Assembly: GCA_965657945.1 (NCBI GenBank)
Contig: CBFHPW010000002.1
Span: 5,074 to 69,073, forward strand
Source of the DNA: Flavobacteriales bacterium
GTDB lineage: Bacteria; Bacteroidota; Bacteroidia; Flavobacteriales_D; CAJJDF01
Direction of reading: 5' to 3'
Length of the DNA: 64,000 bases
The translations under genes were made by a program, and so were the position numbers. Numbering within the stretch: the first letter of the stretch is position 1; each line of letters opens with the position of its first letter. Below the pieces are notes generated by a model. That model was not told the DNA's origin. It ran no database searches and saw nothing but the letters and a program-made list of their open reading frames with translations. This document shows positions 53,254-62,839 of this stretch, piece by piece.

Positions 53254-53790
53254 TTATTTAAAGGTAATTGGCACTACCATTCTTACTTTTACTTTTCTAC
53301 CATTTACTTCTCCTGGAATCCATGGCGAAGTCGATTTCAGTAACTTTACTGCCTGAGCTTGTTGGTTTGTGGTAGAGTTACCTACTGGGATAAAATTCGA
53401 CAAAGTTCCATCTTCAAGGACTACCATTTCTGTGAAAACAGTTCCTGGCTCCGCGACAGAACCTTCACGATTCAATATTTCTTCAATCACTTGAGCTAAA
53501 GTAAATTCCCCCTCCAACTGAGGCATAACTTCTGCCGAATTTACAATAATTTGTGAAGGCTCTAAATCAAATCGTTCCACCCCATCCACCACTTGATTAC
53601 CGGATGCAATTTCTAACTGCGTGGTAAGGTAATCCACTTGATCTTTCATTCCTGCCAACTCACTTTTTAATTCAATATTTTCCTTTACTAACTCTTTGTT
53701 CATGGTAGTTTTCTCCGCAAGCTCCTTTTTAATTCCACAACCAGAAATTAAAACCATTGCAACTATTGTTGATCCTATTGTTAGCCTCAT
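53254..53790 (-). CDS. Lipoprotein with TonB C-terminal-like domain
   Basis: 178 aa with the lipobox LISGCG and a coiled N-terminal part. The C-terminus (EVMPQLEGE...GRKVKVRMVVPITFK) resembles the TonB_C fold. Confidence 0.55.
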   Translation of the reverse strand: MRLTIGSTIVAMVLISGCGIKKELAEKTTMNKELVKENIELKSELAGMKDQVDYLTTQLEIASGNQVVDGVERFDLEPSQIIVNSAEVMPQLEGEFTLAQVIEEILNREGSVAEPGTVFTEMVVLEDGTLSNFIPVGNSTTNQQAQAVKLLKSTSPWIPGEVNGRKVKVRMVVPITFK

Positions 53791-53862
53791 AATTTATGTT
53801 TTTTTTGGATAAATCAAAGATATAATTTTTTAACTTAACTAAAAATAATATACCTTTGACCT

Positions 53863-53940
53863 AACTAAGGGGTGCCCATAATCTATCGGGCTGAGATTAT
53901 ACCCATCGAACCTGCTGTGGTAATTCATAGAAGGGATTTT
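53863..53940 (+). promoter_or_regulatory. TPP (THI-box) riboswitch
   Basis: aaGGGGTGC..GGCTGAGAttatACCCatcGAACCTGctgtgGTAATtcatagaAGGGA contains all conserved THI-element blocks in order. It ends 74 nt upstream of the TonB receptor ATG. Confidence 0.9.
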
Positions 53941-54013
53941 AAGTCAAACTGCGTTTGCTCTTTAAATTAGGTGCATCTCTTGGAAATTTATTTAACCAGA
54001 AATAATAAACCCA

Positions 54014-56422
54014 ATGAAAAAAGCATCGCTTACCGCAATTTCAATCTTTTTCTCACTTCTATCTCTTGCACAATTTTCCCTATCGGGAAAAGTGCTAAAC
54101 CAAACGGGGGAACCTCTGCCTTGGGCTACAATCCAGCTCAAAAACTCACAATACGTGGCGACAACAAATGGAGAAGGATTTTTTGAATTTAACAACCTCA
54201 GAAACAATAACTACACCATTCTTATTAAATATCTTGGCTATAAGTCACAAACAAAAACCGTAGTTATTAACAACAAAAACATCACCTTAACTATTTCTTT
54301 GTCTCGTAAAGACCACCTGATAAATGAGGTAACTGTAAGTGGCACGAGAATAGAAGAAAACACTCCTACTACCTACACAACGATCGAGAAAGAGGAAATA
54401 GAAAAAAATAACTTAGGGCAAGATATTCCTTATCTATTACAACAATCGCCTTCCATGGTGGTGACTTCGGATGCGGGAGCTGGAGTGGGCTATACTTACA
54501 TGAGAATTAGAGGAACGGATGCCTCTCGAATAAACGTAACCATAAACGGAATTCCGGTAAATGACGCAGAATCTCACGGAGTATTTTTTGTGAATATGCC
54601 AGATTTTGCCTCTTCAATTGAAAGTGTGGATATCCAAAGAGGAGCCGGAACCTCAACAAATGGCGTAGGTGCTTTTGGTGCATCGGTTAATTTATACACC
54701 GATTTCAGAAGCGAAACTCCATACGGAGAAGTGAACAATTCAATAGGCTCGTTTGGTACAATCCGAAATACCGTGAAGTTTGGAACAGGTGTGATAAACC
54801 GAAAATTTTCATTCGAGGGAAGACTTTCCAATATTCAATCTGATGGATTTGTAGATAGAGCTTCCTCTGATCTCCAGTCCTATTTCTTTTCGGGGCAATA
54901 TGCTTCGGGTAAAAACAACCTGAAATTTATTACGTTCTCCGGGAAAGAAACAACTTACCAAGCGTGGGGAGGAATTCCGAGAGACTCCTTGAAAACCAAC
55001 AGAACTTTCAACCCCTATACCTATGAAAACGAAGTGGACGATTACCAGCAAACTCATTATCAGTTGTTTTACGACAGAAAAATCTCAAAGAAACTATTTT
55101 TAAACACCGCTTTGCACTACACAAAAGGGGCGGGTTATTTTGAACAGTTTAGAGAAGGAGACGACATGTCAACTTACGGAATCGATCCTTTGTTCACTTC
55201 TACAGACACCATTACTACAACTGACTTGATTAGACGAAGATGGCTAGATAATGATTTTTTTGGAGGAATCTTCACGCTTAAATACAGACCCAATTCAAAA
55301 ATTCAAACCATCTTGGGTGGAGGGTATAATTTTTATGATGGCGACCACTTTGGCGAGGTAATTTGGGCGAGATATGCTAATAATCTGGACATCAGGGATA
55401 GATACTACGAAAACAATGCGACCAAAACTGACGGAAATATTTATTCAAAGACCAATGTTCAGGTTTCCAAAAAACTCAATGCTTTTCTTGATTTACAAAT
55501 CAGACAAATAAATTACGACTTTTTGGGGTTCGATAATCAATTAAGAAATGTACAACAAGAGGCCAATTTCTTGTTTTTTAATCCAAAAGTGGGAGCTTCG
55601 TATGCCATTAATTCCAGTACAAAATTCTACACACTCTTTGCTGTGGCAAACAAAGAACCAAACCGAGACGACTTGACCGAATCCTCCCCTACTTCGCGCC
55701 CAAAGCACGAAACTTTGTATGACTTGGAACTAGGATTCAAACGTTCTAAATCAAAGTATGCCCTAAGCGTAAACGGATATTACATGCTGTACAAAAATCA
55801 ATTGGTTGCAACTGGTGCGCTCAACGATGTAGGTGCCTCGGTAAGAACCAACATAGAAGATTCTTACAGGCTGGGAATAGAAATTGAAGGAGGTGTGCAA
55901 ATCACCAAAGGACTAAAATGGAGTGGAAACTTAACTCTGAGTCAAAATAAGATTCAAAATTGGACGGAATATGTCGATAATTGGGATACTTGGGGAAAAG
56001 ACACCGTGGTTCACACGAACTCCACTCTTGCTTTTTCGCCAAGCGTTATTGCAAGTAGCATCATCGAGTTTTTTCCTTACAAGCAATTTGACGGACCAAG
56101 AATGGCAAACCGCATTGACAACTTGAGCATTGCTTTGATTAGCAAATATGTGGGAGAGCAATTTGTAGATAATACCCAAAGTAACGACCGAATGCTAGAA
56201 GCTTATTTTGTCCATGACTTACGAATTAACTACTCAGTGAAATTCCGTTCCGGTTTAGATAAAATAACAGTTTTTGGATCTATTTACAATATTACCAACG
56301 AGTTATATTCAGCCAATGCTTGGAGCTATCGCTATTCTACTGGAGGAGAATTTGAACAGTTAATGGGATTCTACCCACAAGCTACTCGTAACTTCTTGAT
56401 TGGATTGAATTTGAAGTTTTAG
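54014..56422 (+). CDS. TonB-dependent receptor, TPP-riboswitch controlled (probable thiamine/precursor outer-membrane transporter)
   Basis: 802 aa with a signal peptide, a CarboxypepD_reg-like N-terminus (LSGKVLNQTGEPLPWATIQL), a plug and a barrel ending GLNLKF. Confidence 0.85.
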   Translation: MKKASLTAISIFFSLLSLAQFSLSGKVLNQTGEPLPWATIQLKNSQYVATTNGEGFFEFNNLRNNNYTILIKYLGYKSQTKTVVINNKNITLTISLSRKDHLINEVTVSGTRIEENTPTTYTTIEKEEIEKNNLGQDIPYLLQQSPSMVVTSDAGAGVGYTYMRIRGTDASRINVTINGIPVNDAESHGVFFVNMPDFASSIESVDIQRGAGTSTNGVGAFGASVNLYTDFRSETPYGEVNNSIGSFGTIRNTVKFGTGVINRKFSFEGRLSNIQSDGFVDRASSDLQSYFFSGQYASGKNNLKFITFSGKETTYQAWGGIPRDSLKTNRTFNPYTYENEVDDYQQTHYQLFYDRKISKKLFLNTALHYTKGAGYFEQFREGDDMSTYGIDPLFTSTDTITTTDLIRRRWLDNDFFGGIFTLKYRPNSKIQTILGGGYNFYDGDHFGEVIWARYANNLDIRDRYYENNATKTDGNIYSKTNVQVSKKLNAFLDLQIRQINYDFLGFDNQLRNVQQEANFLFFNPKVGASYAINSSTKFYTLFAVANKEPNRDDLTESSPTSRPKHETLYDLELGFKRSKSKYALSVNGYYMLYKNQLVATGALNDVGASVRTNIEDSYRLGIEIEGGVQITKGLKWSGNLTLSQNKIQNWTEYVDNWDTWGKDTVVHTNSTLAFSPSVIASSIIEFFPYKQFDGPRMANRIDNLSIALISKYVGEQFVDNTQSNDRMLEAYFVHDLRINYSVKFRSGLDKITVFGSIYNITNELYSANAWSYRYSTGGEFEQLMGFYPQATRNFLIGLNLKF

Positions 56423-56437
56423 GAGTTCTCAAGAATT

Positions 56438-56496
56438 TTGCTTTCTACATTCAGCAGTTTTATATTCTTATTGTTGAATGTAGGAAGCAATTTTTA
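56438..56496 (+). terminator. Probable terminator after the TonB receptor
   Basis: 16-bp stem ttgctttctacattca / tgaatgtaggaagcaa (one G-U pair), a large 21-nt loop, then TTTTT. Confidence 0.55.
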
Positions 56497-56617
56497 TTTC
56501 AATGTTTTTGATAAAACCTAAAATACTAAACTAATTGCCCTACCAACTTTCCTCAGTCATATCTACATTTTTATCAGACTATTTAAGAACTTAAAAAAGT
56601 AGCAAGCTAAAAACTTA

Positions 56618-57310
56618 CTACTTCTTCAAATACACTAACCTGATGAGTCTGTTTAACTCTTGATCATCCACGTATTTTCCTATTTCCCTCTCAAATTGCT
56701 TCATATTGGAGTAAGGTCTGTATTCTTCAAATTCATGTGCCATTTTTTCTCCAACTCCCGGCAATGATTTAATCTCTTCCTCTGTTGCTGTATTCAATTC
56801 TATTGGCACAAATACATAACTTTCATATCGTGCAACTTCCGATTCATCTACATATTTTCCTATTTCTTTCCGAAATTGCTTGATACTTTTGTAGGGCCTG
56901 TATTCTTCAAATTCGTGCGCCATTTTTTCACCTACTCCCGGTATAAGTTTAAAATCTGCTTCGGGAGTTGTGTTTAGGTTAAAAGGCACAAAAATATGTC
57001 TGTACAATTCTTCTTTGTTTTCTATTTCTCCCAACAAAGAATCTAATGAATTCATGGTAATAAAAGGTCTGTTGGCTACTACTTGCTCGATAAGCTCCGG
57101 AGACAATCCTACGAGTTTCAACTCATCTTCTGATGCCAAGTTTGCATTGAATACGACATTGTTTTCTACCTTTTCAGGAGTATCTTTCCTTACCTCTTCA
57201 GCTTGGGTTACTTCAGGAGTGTTCCCTACGATTGTCTCTGATTGACAACTCGTAAGTACAATTGAACTCAGCAAGATTGCTGAAAATGACTGTAAAAAAT
57301 TTAATTTCAT
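56618..57310 (-). CDS. Lipoprotein with duplicated helix-hairpin-helix-like modules
   Basis: 230 aa with the lipobox LTSCQ. A tandem roughly 60-aa module, PGVGEKMAHEFEEYRPY(K/S)..KQF..EIGKYVD, is present twice. Confidence 0.6.
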   Translation of the reverse strand: MKLNFLQSFSAILLSSIVLTSCQSETIVGNTPEVTQAEEVRKDTPEKVENNVVFNANLASEDELKLVGLSPELIEQVVANRPFITMNSLDSLLGEIENKEELYRHIFVPFNLNTTPEADFKLIPGVGEKMAHEFEEYRPYKSIKQFRKEIGKYVDESEVARYESYVFVPIELNTATEEEIKSLPGVGEKMAHEFEEYRPYSNMKQFEREIGKYVDDQELNRLIRLVYLKK

Positions 57311-57315
57311 GGGTT

Positions 57316-57744
57316 TTATTTTATGAGTTTACTGTATGAATATCCTATCAATGAGAAAGCAACTAAACTTCCAGGAGCAAGAGCTGGAATGGCTCCTGAA
57401 AGGCTCTCTGTAAATAATTCCCAATTGGTGTGAATGGGAGTCATTTCTTGTTCGAACTGAAAATTTGCCTGCAAATGCAAAAAAACTCCATACACGCCCA
57501 CCAAAGCTGTTATCACCATCAAGACAACAAATAACTTGTTGAGAAATAGAGTAGATCGAATATGCAATAAAACAAGAACAACTAGGGAAACCAGAATGCT
57601 CACTAACGGAATCAGTTGAAAAAAATCTTCGTAGTGATGAAGCAAGTACAATTCGATGGCCGTTCCCAAGAAAAGAAAACTACTTCCTATAAACAGAGTC
57701 TGTTTCACGGAAAATCTTCTCGAGTTATGTGTTGTTATTTTCAT
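57316..57744 (-). CDS. Small 4-TM membrane protein
   Basis: 142 aa with four hydrophobic segments, located 5 nt upstream of the HhH lipoprotein gene. Confidence 0.5.
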   Translation of the reverse strand: MKITTHNSRRFSVKQTLFIGSSFLFLGTAIELYLLHHYEDFFQLIPLVSILVSLVVLVLLHIRSTLFLNKLFVVLMVITALVGVYGVFLHLQANFQFEQEMTPIHTNWELFTESLSGAIPALAPGSLVAFSLIGYSYSKLIK

Positions 57745-57913
57745 TTCAATTCAAAATTAAGGAATATAACAGAGAATAAAGCGGATTTTCTGGCTCTATT
57801 TTTTACAAAAATTACAGCGAGAAGAAATAGTAAAATTCGAAAGAACGACAGAATCTTGTTAGAAAAACTCCTCTATTTTTCTTAATTTTAGGGAATATTA
57901 AAAAAGACCTATC

Positions 57914-58444
57914 ATGAGTATTGCCGCACCTTTTAATCTCCAGAAATGGATTGACGAAAATAGAGATTTACTAAAACCTCCGGTTGGAAATAAGAACTTG
58001 TACAAAGAGGCTGGCGATTTTATCGTGATGATTGTTGGTGGACCCAATGCGCGGAAAGATTACCACTGGAACGAGACAGAGGAATTATTTTACCAATTGG
58101 AAGGAGATATTATGGTTACAGTTCAGCAGGATGGAAAAGCCGTTGAAGTACCCATCAAAGCGGGCGAAATGTTTTTGTTGCCTGGCAATATTCCTCACAA
58201 CCCTGTTAGACCTGCAAATTCTATAGGACTGGTAATCGAGCGAAAAAGAAAAGGGACGGATATGAAAGACGGGTTATTGTGGTTTTGCGATGAGTGCAAC
58301 GAAAAGCTACACGAAACTTATTTTTCACAAAAAGACATTGAAACGGATTTTCAATCTAGATTCAAGGAGTTTTATACTTCAGAAGATAAAAGAACATGTA
58401 AAAATTGTAGCCATGTAATGGAAATTGACGAAAGATTTATTTAG
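57914..58444 (+). CDS. nbaC: 3-hydroxyanthranilate 3,4-dioxygenase
   Basis: 176 aa with a cupin core (YHWNETEELFYQLEGD, PGNIPHNPVR) and a C-terminal rubredoxin-like CDEC..CKNC. Confidence 0.85.
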   Translation: MSIAAPFNLQKWIDENRDLLKPPVGNKNLYKEAGDFIVMIVGGPNARKDYHWNETEELFYQLEGDIMVTVQQDGKAVEVPIKAGEMFLLPGNIPHNPVRPANSIGLVIERKRKGTDMKDGLLWFCDECNEKLHETYFSQKDIETDFQSRFKEFYTSEDKRTCKNCSHVMEIDERFI

Positions 58445-58445
58445 A

Positions 58446-59474
58446 ATGACAAAAAAAGCTGAAGATATATTAAGCATTGATATTCATACTCATATCTTGC
58501 CAAAAGACATTCCTAATTTCAAAAAAAAATTTGGCTACGGAGGTTTTATTCATTTAGATCATCACAAGCCTTGTTGTGCACGAATGATGATGGACGACAA
58601 GTTTTTTAGAGAAATTGAAGACAATTGCTGGAGTGCAGAAGCTCGAATGACTGAGTGCGATGCTCAGCACATTAATGTACAAGTTTTATCTACGGTACCA
58701 GTGATGTTTTCTTATTGGGCAAAACCCCAAGACTGCTTGGATGTATCCATGTTTTTGAACGATCACATTGCTGGAATTGTAACGAAATATCCAAAACGAT
58801 TTGTAGGACTTGGTACGGTTCCTATGCAAGCCCCTGAATTGGCAATAAAAGAAATCGAACGTTGTAAAAAAATAGGACTCAAAGGGATTGAGATTGGTTC
58901 GCACGTAAACGATTGGAACCTCAACGATCCCAATCTATTTCCAATTTTTCAAGCATGCGAAGAATTGGACATGGCAGTTTTTGTTCATCCATGGGACATG
59001 ATGTCGAAATCAAAAATGGAAAAATATTGGCTGCCTTGGTTAGTTGGTATGCCTGCCGAAACTTCGTTGGCAATTTGCTCTATGATTTTTGGAGGAGTAT
59101 TTGAAAGGCTACCTAACTTGCGTGTCGCATTTGCACACGGAGGTGGTTCGTTTCCTGCAACTATTTCAAGAATTCAACATGGATTTGATGTACGACCAGA
59201 TTTGTGCGCGATCGACAACAATGTAGCTCCAAAAGAATACCTCGGTAAATTTTGGCTCGATTCTTTGGTTCATGACGAGGCCAACCTTAACTATATAATG
59301 GATTTGATTGGTTCGGACAAAGTAGCCTTAGGATCTGATTACCCATTTCCTTTAGGGGAATTACAACCAGGAAAATTGATTCGTGAATTTGACTTAGAAC
59401 AAAAAACCAAGGAAAATTTACTGCACAATTCAGCACTGACTTGGTTGAAAATGAAAAAATCTGATTTTATTTAA
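58446..59474 (+). CDS. Amidohydrolase family, 2-amino-3-carboxymuconate-6-semialdehyde decarboxylase-like
   Basis: IDIHTHILP at the N-terminus, with VHPWD, AHGGG and GSDYPFPLGE metal-ligand motifs as in ACMSD. The ATG at 58446 lies 2 nt after the upstream stop. Confidence 0.75.
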   Translation: MTKKAEDILSIDIHTHILPKDIPNFKKKFGYGGFIHLDHHKPCCARMMMDDKFFREIEDNCWSAEARMTECDAQHINVQVLSTVPVMFSYWAKPQDCLDVSMFLNDHIAGIVTKYPKRFVGLGTVPMQAPELAIKEIERCKKIGLKGIEIGSHVNDWNLNDPNLFPIFQACEELDMAVFVHPWDMMSKSKMEKYWLPWLVGMPAETSLAICSMIFGGVFERLPNLRVAFAHGGGSFPATISRIQHGFDVRPDLCAIDNNVAPKEYLGKFWLDSLVHDEANLNYIMDLIGSDKVALGSDYPFPLGELQPGKLIREFDLEQKTKENLLHNSALTWLKMKKSDFI

Positions 59475-59478
59475 TCAA

Positions 59479-60534
59479 TTATTTTTTAAGAACCCACAAA
59501 GAGATTCCTTTCGATTCTTGTTTTGTTCTTGCTAAAAACTTGTTGGCTTCTTTGCGTGTAACAAAACTTTGAATAGCCACTCGATAAAGTCTTCCTTTCT
59601 TATCAACAATCAAGGATTCGTTTCCTTTATCAGACCATTTTTTTACCAAGTTTTCTGCATTTTCCTTTACAGAAAAACAACCAGCAATTACATGGTATTT
59701 TTTCTCGACAACGTACTCCACAGGCTTTGAAAAAGTAGAGTCTGTTTTTGGCAAAATCGCTTCCACTTTGGTTGTAACAGGTGTTTTGGCAACTGCAACA
59801 ACTTCTTCCTCCGTATCCCAATCCAACGCAAACTGGTAGTTCATTCTTGGAGAATAATCATCCACCACAACCGGATTAAATGGATTTACATCCGCAATGT
59901 TTAAGTTTTGATACTCTGAATTGCTGTTAATCCCGATGTAAACACCAGCCGCCAATATTGGCAACATCAATAAAGGAATTAATTGACCATATCGCTTAGA
60001 GGTTCTTTTCTTAGTTTGTTTTTTCGCGGGTGAACCAACCAACACAGATTCTTTGGTTTCTTCTATTCTTTCAATCAATTTAACTTTCTTTTCTTCTTTT
60101 TCTTTGGTTGGCAGCGGTGCTACCTTTTCGAGTTCAAAAGAAGAGAGACCGTAAGAATCTTTCAAGAAATTTGTTGACGCCTGCTGAAACTGGATGTTTT
60201 TTTCTTTATCAAAAAACAACACTCCTACCCTTTCTATTTCTACTCTTCCCTCTTCGTTCAATCTCAAAAAACAATCGTCTTTGAATTGAAGCAAAAGTTG
60301 CTGAGCATCCGCCATTGACAATGCTTGTTTCTCAGCAATTTTAGCAGACAATAAGCCATCATTGTACACAAGATGTTTGTTGAACAAAATTCGTTTCGTA
60401 GCAGGAAAAAAAACAGAGGTAAACTGATTGAAGTATGCTGGTTTTTTGGAGGTAATAAAACCTCCAAATTCTGGCACAATCACACAATCATGATCGTGTA
60501 GTAGTTCTTCTATATGTTTGTCTATTTTTTTCAT
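59479..60534 (-). CDS. HU-like N-terminal domain / SPOR C-terminal domain protein
   Basis: 351 aa with one central TM segment. The C-terminal YHVIAGCFSVKENAENL..YRVAIQSF..EA is SPOR-like. Confidence 0.65.
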   Translation of the reverse strand: MKKIDKHIEELLHDHDCVIVPEFGGFITSKKPAYFNQFTSVFFPATKRILFNKHLVYNDGLLSAKIAEKQALSMADAQQLLLQFKDDCFLRLNEEGRVEIERVGVLFFDKEKNIQFQQASTNFLKDSYGLSSFELEKVAPLPTKEKEEKKVKLIERIEETKESVLVGSPAKKQTKKRTSKRYGQLIPLLMLPILAAGVYIGINSNSEYQNLNIADVNPFNPVVVDDYSPRMNYQFALDWDTEEEVVAVAKTPVTTKVEAILPKTDSTFSKPVEYVVEKKYHVIAGCFSVKENAENLVKKWSDKGNESLIVDKKGRLYRVAIQSFVTRKEANKFLARTKQESKGISLWVLKK

Positions 60535-60572
60535 TAATCAACAAAGCAAAGTTAATTATTTCCTTTAATTAA

Positions 60573-61349
60573 TTAAAAATTATCCGAACTAAGAATTTCT
60601 TCTAAATCCTCGGGAGTATCAATTCCAATTATATCTTCTTCAATTTCAGATACTTGTATTGTAAAATGATGAGAAAGCCACCTCAAATTTTCTAAGCTTT
60701 CGGCTTTTTCAAGCATAGAATGTTCTATCTCTTGTATTTCATAAAACTCATCAATATTGAAACCGTAAATCCCAATATGCTTATAGTAATCGGCATGCTC
60801 CAGCCATAAATCTTCTTGTTTTCCTCTCACGAAAGGTATTGGGTGTCTGCTAAAGTAAAGTGCGTCTCTTGGTTCTCCGTTCGATTCGCCTTCAGTTAGC
60901 ACTACCTTTACTACATTCTCATTGAACAATTCATCGGTAGAGGTAATCCTTTTTGCCAGTGTTCCAATCTCTGCTTGATCATCTTTCAACAGAATATCAC
61001 AAACAGAGTCAATGTGTGCGGGTGAAATGAAAGGCTCGTCTCCCTGTATATTCACCACCACATCAAAAAACTCTCCTTTCTCCTCTAGTTTCTCGATCAC
61101 CTCTCCGCATCGTTCGGTTCCCGACTGATGAAAATCTCCTGTCATTATTGCGAACCCTCCAAACTCTAGAACGTGGTCATAAATTCTTTTGTCGTCAGTC
61201 GCAACCACCACTTTTGTCAATCTTTTAGATTTTTGGCACTGTTCTACCACTCGCCTAATCATTGACTTTCCTTTGATATCTACTAGTGGTTTACCAGGAA
61301 ACCTTGTAGACTCAAATCTCGCTGGAATTATTCCTATTACCTTTTTCAT
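60573..61349 (-). CDS. kdsB: 3-deoxy-manno-octulosonate cytidylyltransferase
   Basis: 258 aa with IIPARFESTRFPGKPL and NIQGDEP. Confidence 0.9.
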   Translation of the reverse strand: MKKVIGIIPARFESTRFPGKPLVDIKGKSMIRRVVEQCQKSKRLTKVVVATDDKRIYDHVLEFGGFAIMTGDFHQSGTERCGEVIEKLEEKGEFFDVVVNIQGDEPFISPAHIDSVCDILLKDDQAEIGTLAKRITSTDELFNENVVKVVLTEGESNGEPRDALYFSRHPIPFVRGKQEDLWLEHADYYKHIGIYGFNIDEFYEIQEIEHSMLEKAESLENLRWLSHHFTIQVSEIEEDIIGIDTPEDLEEILSSDNF

Positions 61350-62059
61350 TTCAATAGGTTTTTATACATGGCTATTGTTTTTTCGAATCCAAAATACAAA
61401 GCATCCGCAACTAGAGCATGCCCGATAGAAACTTCCAATAAATTAGGAATTGACGAAGCAAAAAACGCCAAATTTTCTACATTCAAATCATGCCCAGCAT
61501 TGAGACCAATTCCCATTTCTGAGGTGAGTTTAGCAGCCTCCATAAACGGACAAATAGCTTCTTCTTTATCTGAAGAATAACCACTTGCATACGATTCTGT
61601 GTAGAGTTCGGCTCTATCCACCTGAATGAGTGCTAGCTGCTCTATATCTTTTGTGTTGGCTTCCATAAATATTGAAGTTCGAATTCCTGCTTTGGACAGT
61701 TCCCCGAGCGATTCTTCCAACAAGGATTTATTTTCTTTTACTTTCCAACCTGCATTAGAGGTTAATACACCTGGCGGATCGGGCACCAAAGTTACCTGAT
61801 GGGGTTTCGTTGAAAGCACTAAATCCATGAAACGCTTGTTGGGATATCCCTCCACATTAAACTCAGTTTGAATATTTTGAGCTAACTCGCTCACATCGGC
61901 ATACCGTATGTGTCGTTCATCAGGCCTGGGATGAACAGTAATACCATCTGCCCCAAATTTTTCGATATCTAGCGCAACTTTTAGCAAGTTCGGAACGTTG
62001 TTTCCTCTAGCATTCCTTATTGTGGCTACTTTGTTTATATTTACACTTAATTTTGTCAT
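61346..62059 (-). CDS. pdxJ: Pyridoxine 5'-phosphate synthase
   Basis: 237 aa with LSVNINKVATIRNARG, ITVHPRPDERHI and NAGHDL. Confidence 0.95.
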   Translation of the reverse strand: MTKLSVNINKVATIRNARGNNVPNLLKVALDIEKFGADGITVHPRPDERHIRYADVSELAQNIQTEFNVEGYPNKRFMDLVLSTKPHQVTLVPDPPGVLTSNAGWKVKENKSLLEESLGELSKAGIRTSIFMEANTKDIEQLALIQVDRAELYTESYASGYSSDKEEAICPFMEAAKLTSEMGIGLNAGHDLNVENLAFFASSIPNLLEVSIGHALVADALYFGFEKTIAMYKNLLK

Positions 62060-62161
62060 ATTTTTGTAGTAAACTGAACTGCGAAAGAACAGTTTTTTGT
62101 TTAAAAAAGTTACATTTAAAGGTAAAAAAAATACTCAACAAAATTCATCTATAAGAATACT

Positions 62162-62824
62162 ATGATTGCATCTCAATTAATTGTGGACTTACTTCCTCCA
62201 TTAAAGCCCTCCGAAACTTTCGGCAAGGCATTGCTTTGGATGAGCGAATTTAAGGTGGGTCATTTGCCGGTGGTTGACAAAAATAATTTTTTGGGAATTG
62301 TCTCAGAAGAAGATATTTTAGATTCCAGTTTGTCGGATGTAACCTTCCAATCCAACACAATTCAGCTCAACTCGATATTTATTTACGAATACCAACATAT
62401 TTTTGAAGTGATGAGAAAAATGTCTGAATTTCAACTCACCGTAATGCCTATTCTTAATAGGAATGATGAGTATTTAGGATGCACAACTCTCTCTCACCTT
62501 ATGACAGTTGCATCCAACACGACCTCCATAAAGGAACCTGGCGGAGTGATTGTATTGAGAGTAAATTCTAAAGATTACTCACTGGCCGAAATTTCTCAAA
62601 TTGTAGAAAGCAACAACGCCAGAATCTTAAGTTCTTACATCACCTCTTCGGACGATACATCTGAAATAGACGTGACTATCAAATTGAACAAAAAAGAACT
62701 AGGAGCGATTCTGCAAACCTTTCAACGGTATGATTATAAAGTCATTGAAACCTACCAAAAAGAAGATGACTTTGATGAGTTAAAAAATAGATTTGATAAT
62801 TTGATGAACCTCCTAGATTTATAG
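62162..62824 (+). CDS. CBS domain pair protein
   Basis: 220 aa with two CBS-like units (HLPVVDKNNFLGIVSEEDIL; LTVMPILNRNDEYLGCTT). Confidence 0.7.
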   Translation: MIASQLIVDLLPPLKPSETFGKALLWMSEFKVGHLPVVDKNNFLGIVSEEDILDSSLSDVTFQSNTIQLNSIFIYEYQHIFEVMRKMSEFQLTVMPILNRNDEYLGCTTLSHLMTVASNTTSIKEPGGVIVLRVNSKDYSLAEISQIVESNNARILSSYITSSDDTSEIDVTIKLNKKELGAILQTFQRYDYKVIETYQKEDDFDELKNRFDNLMNLLDL

Positions 62825-62839
62825 TAATTTTACCCCACA

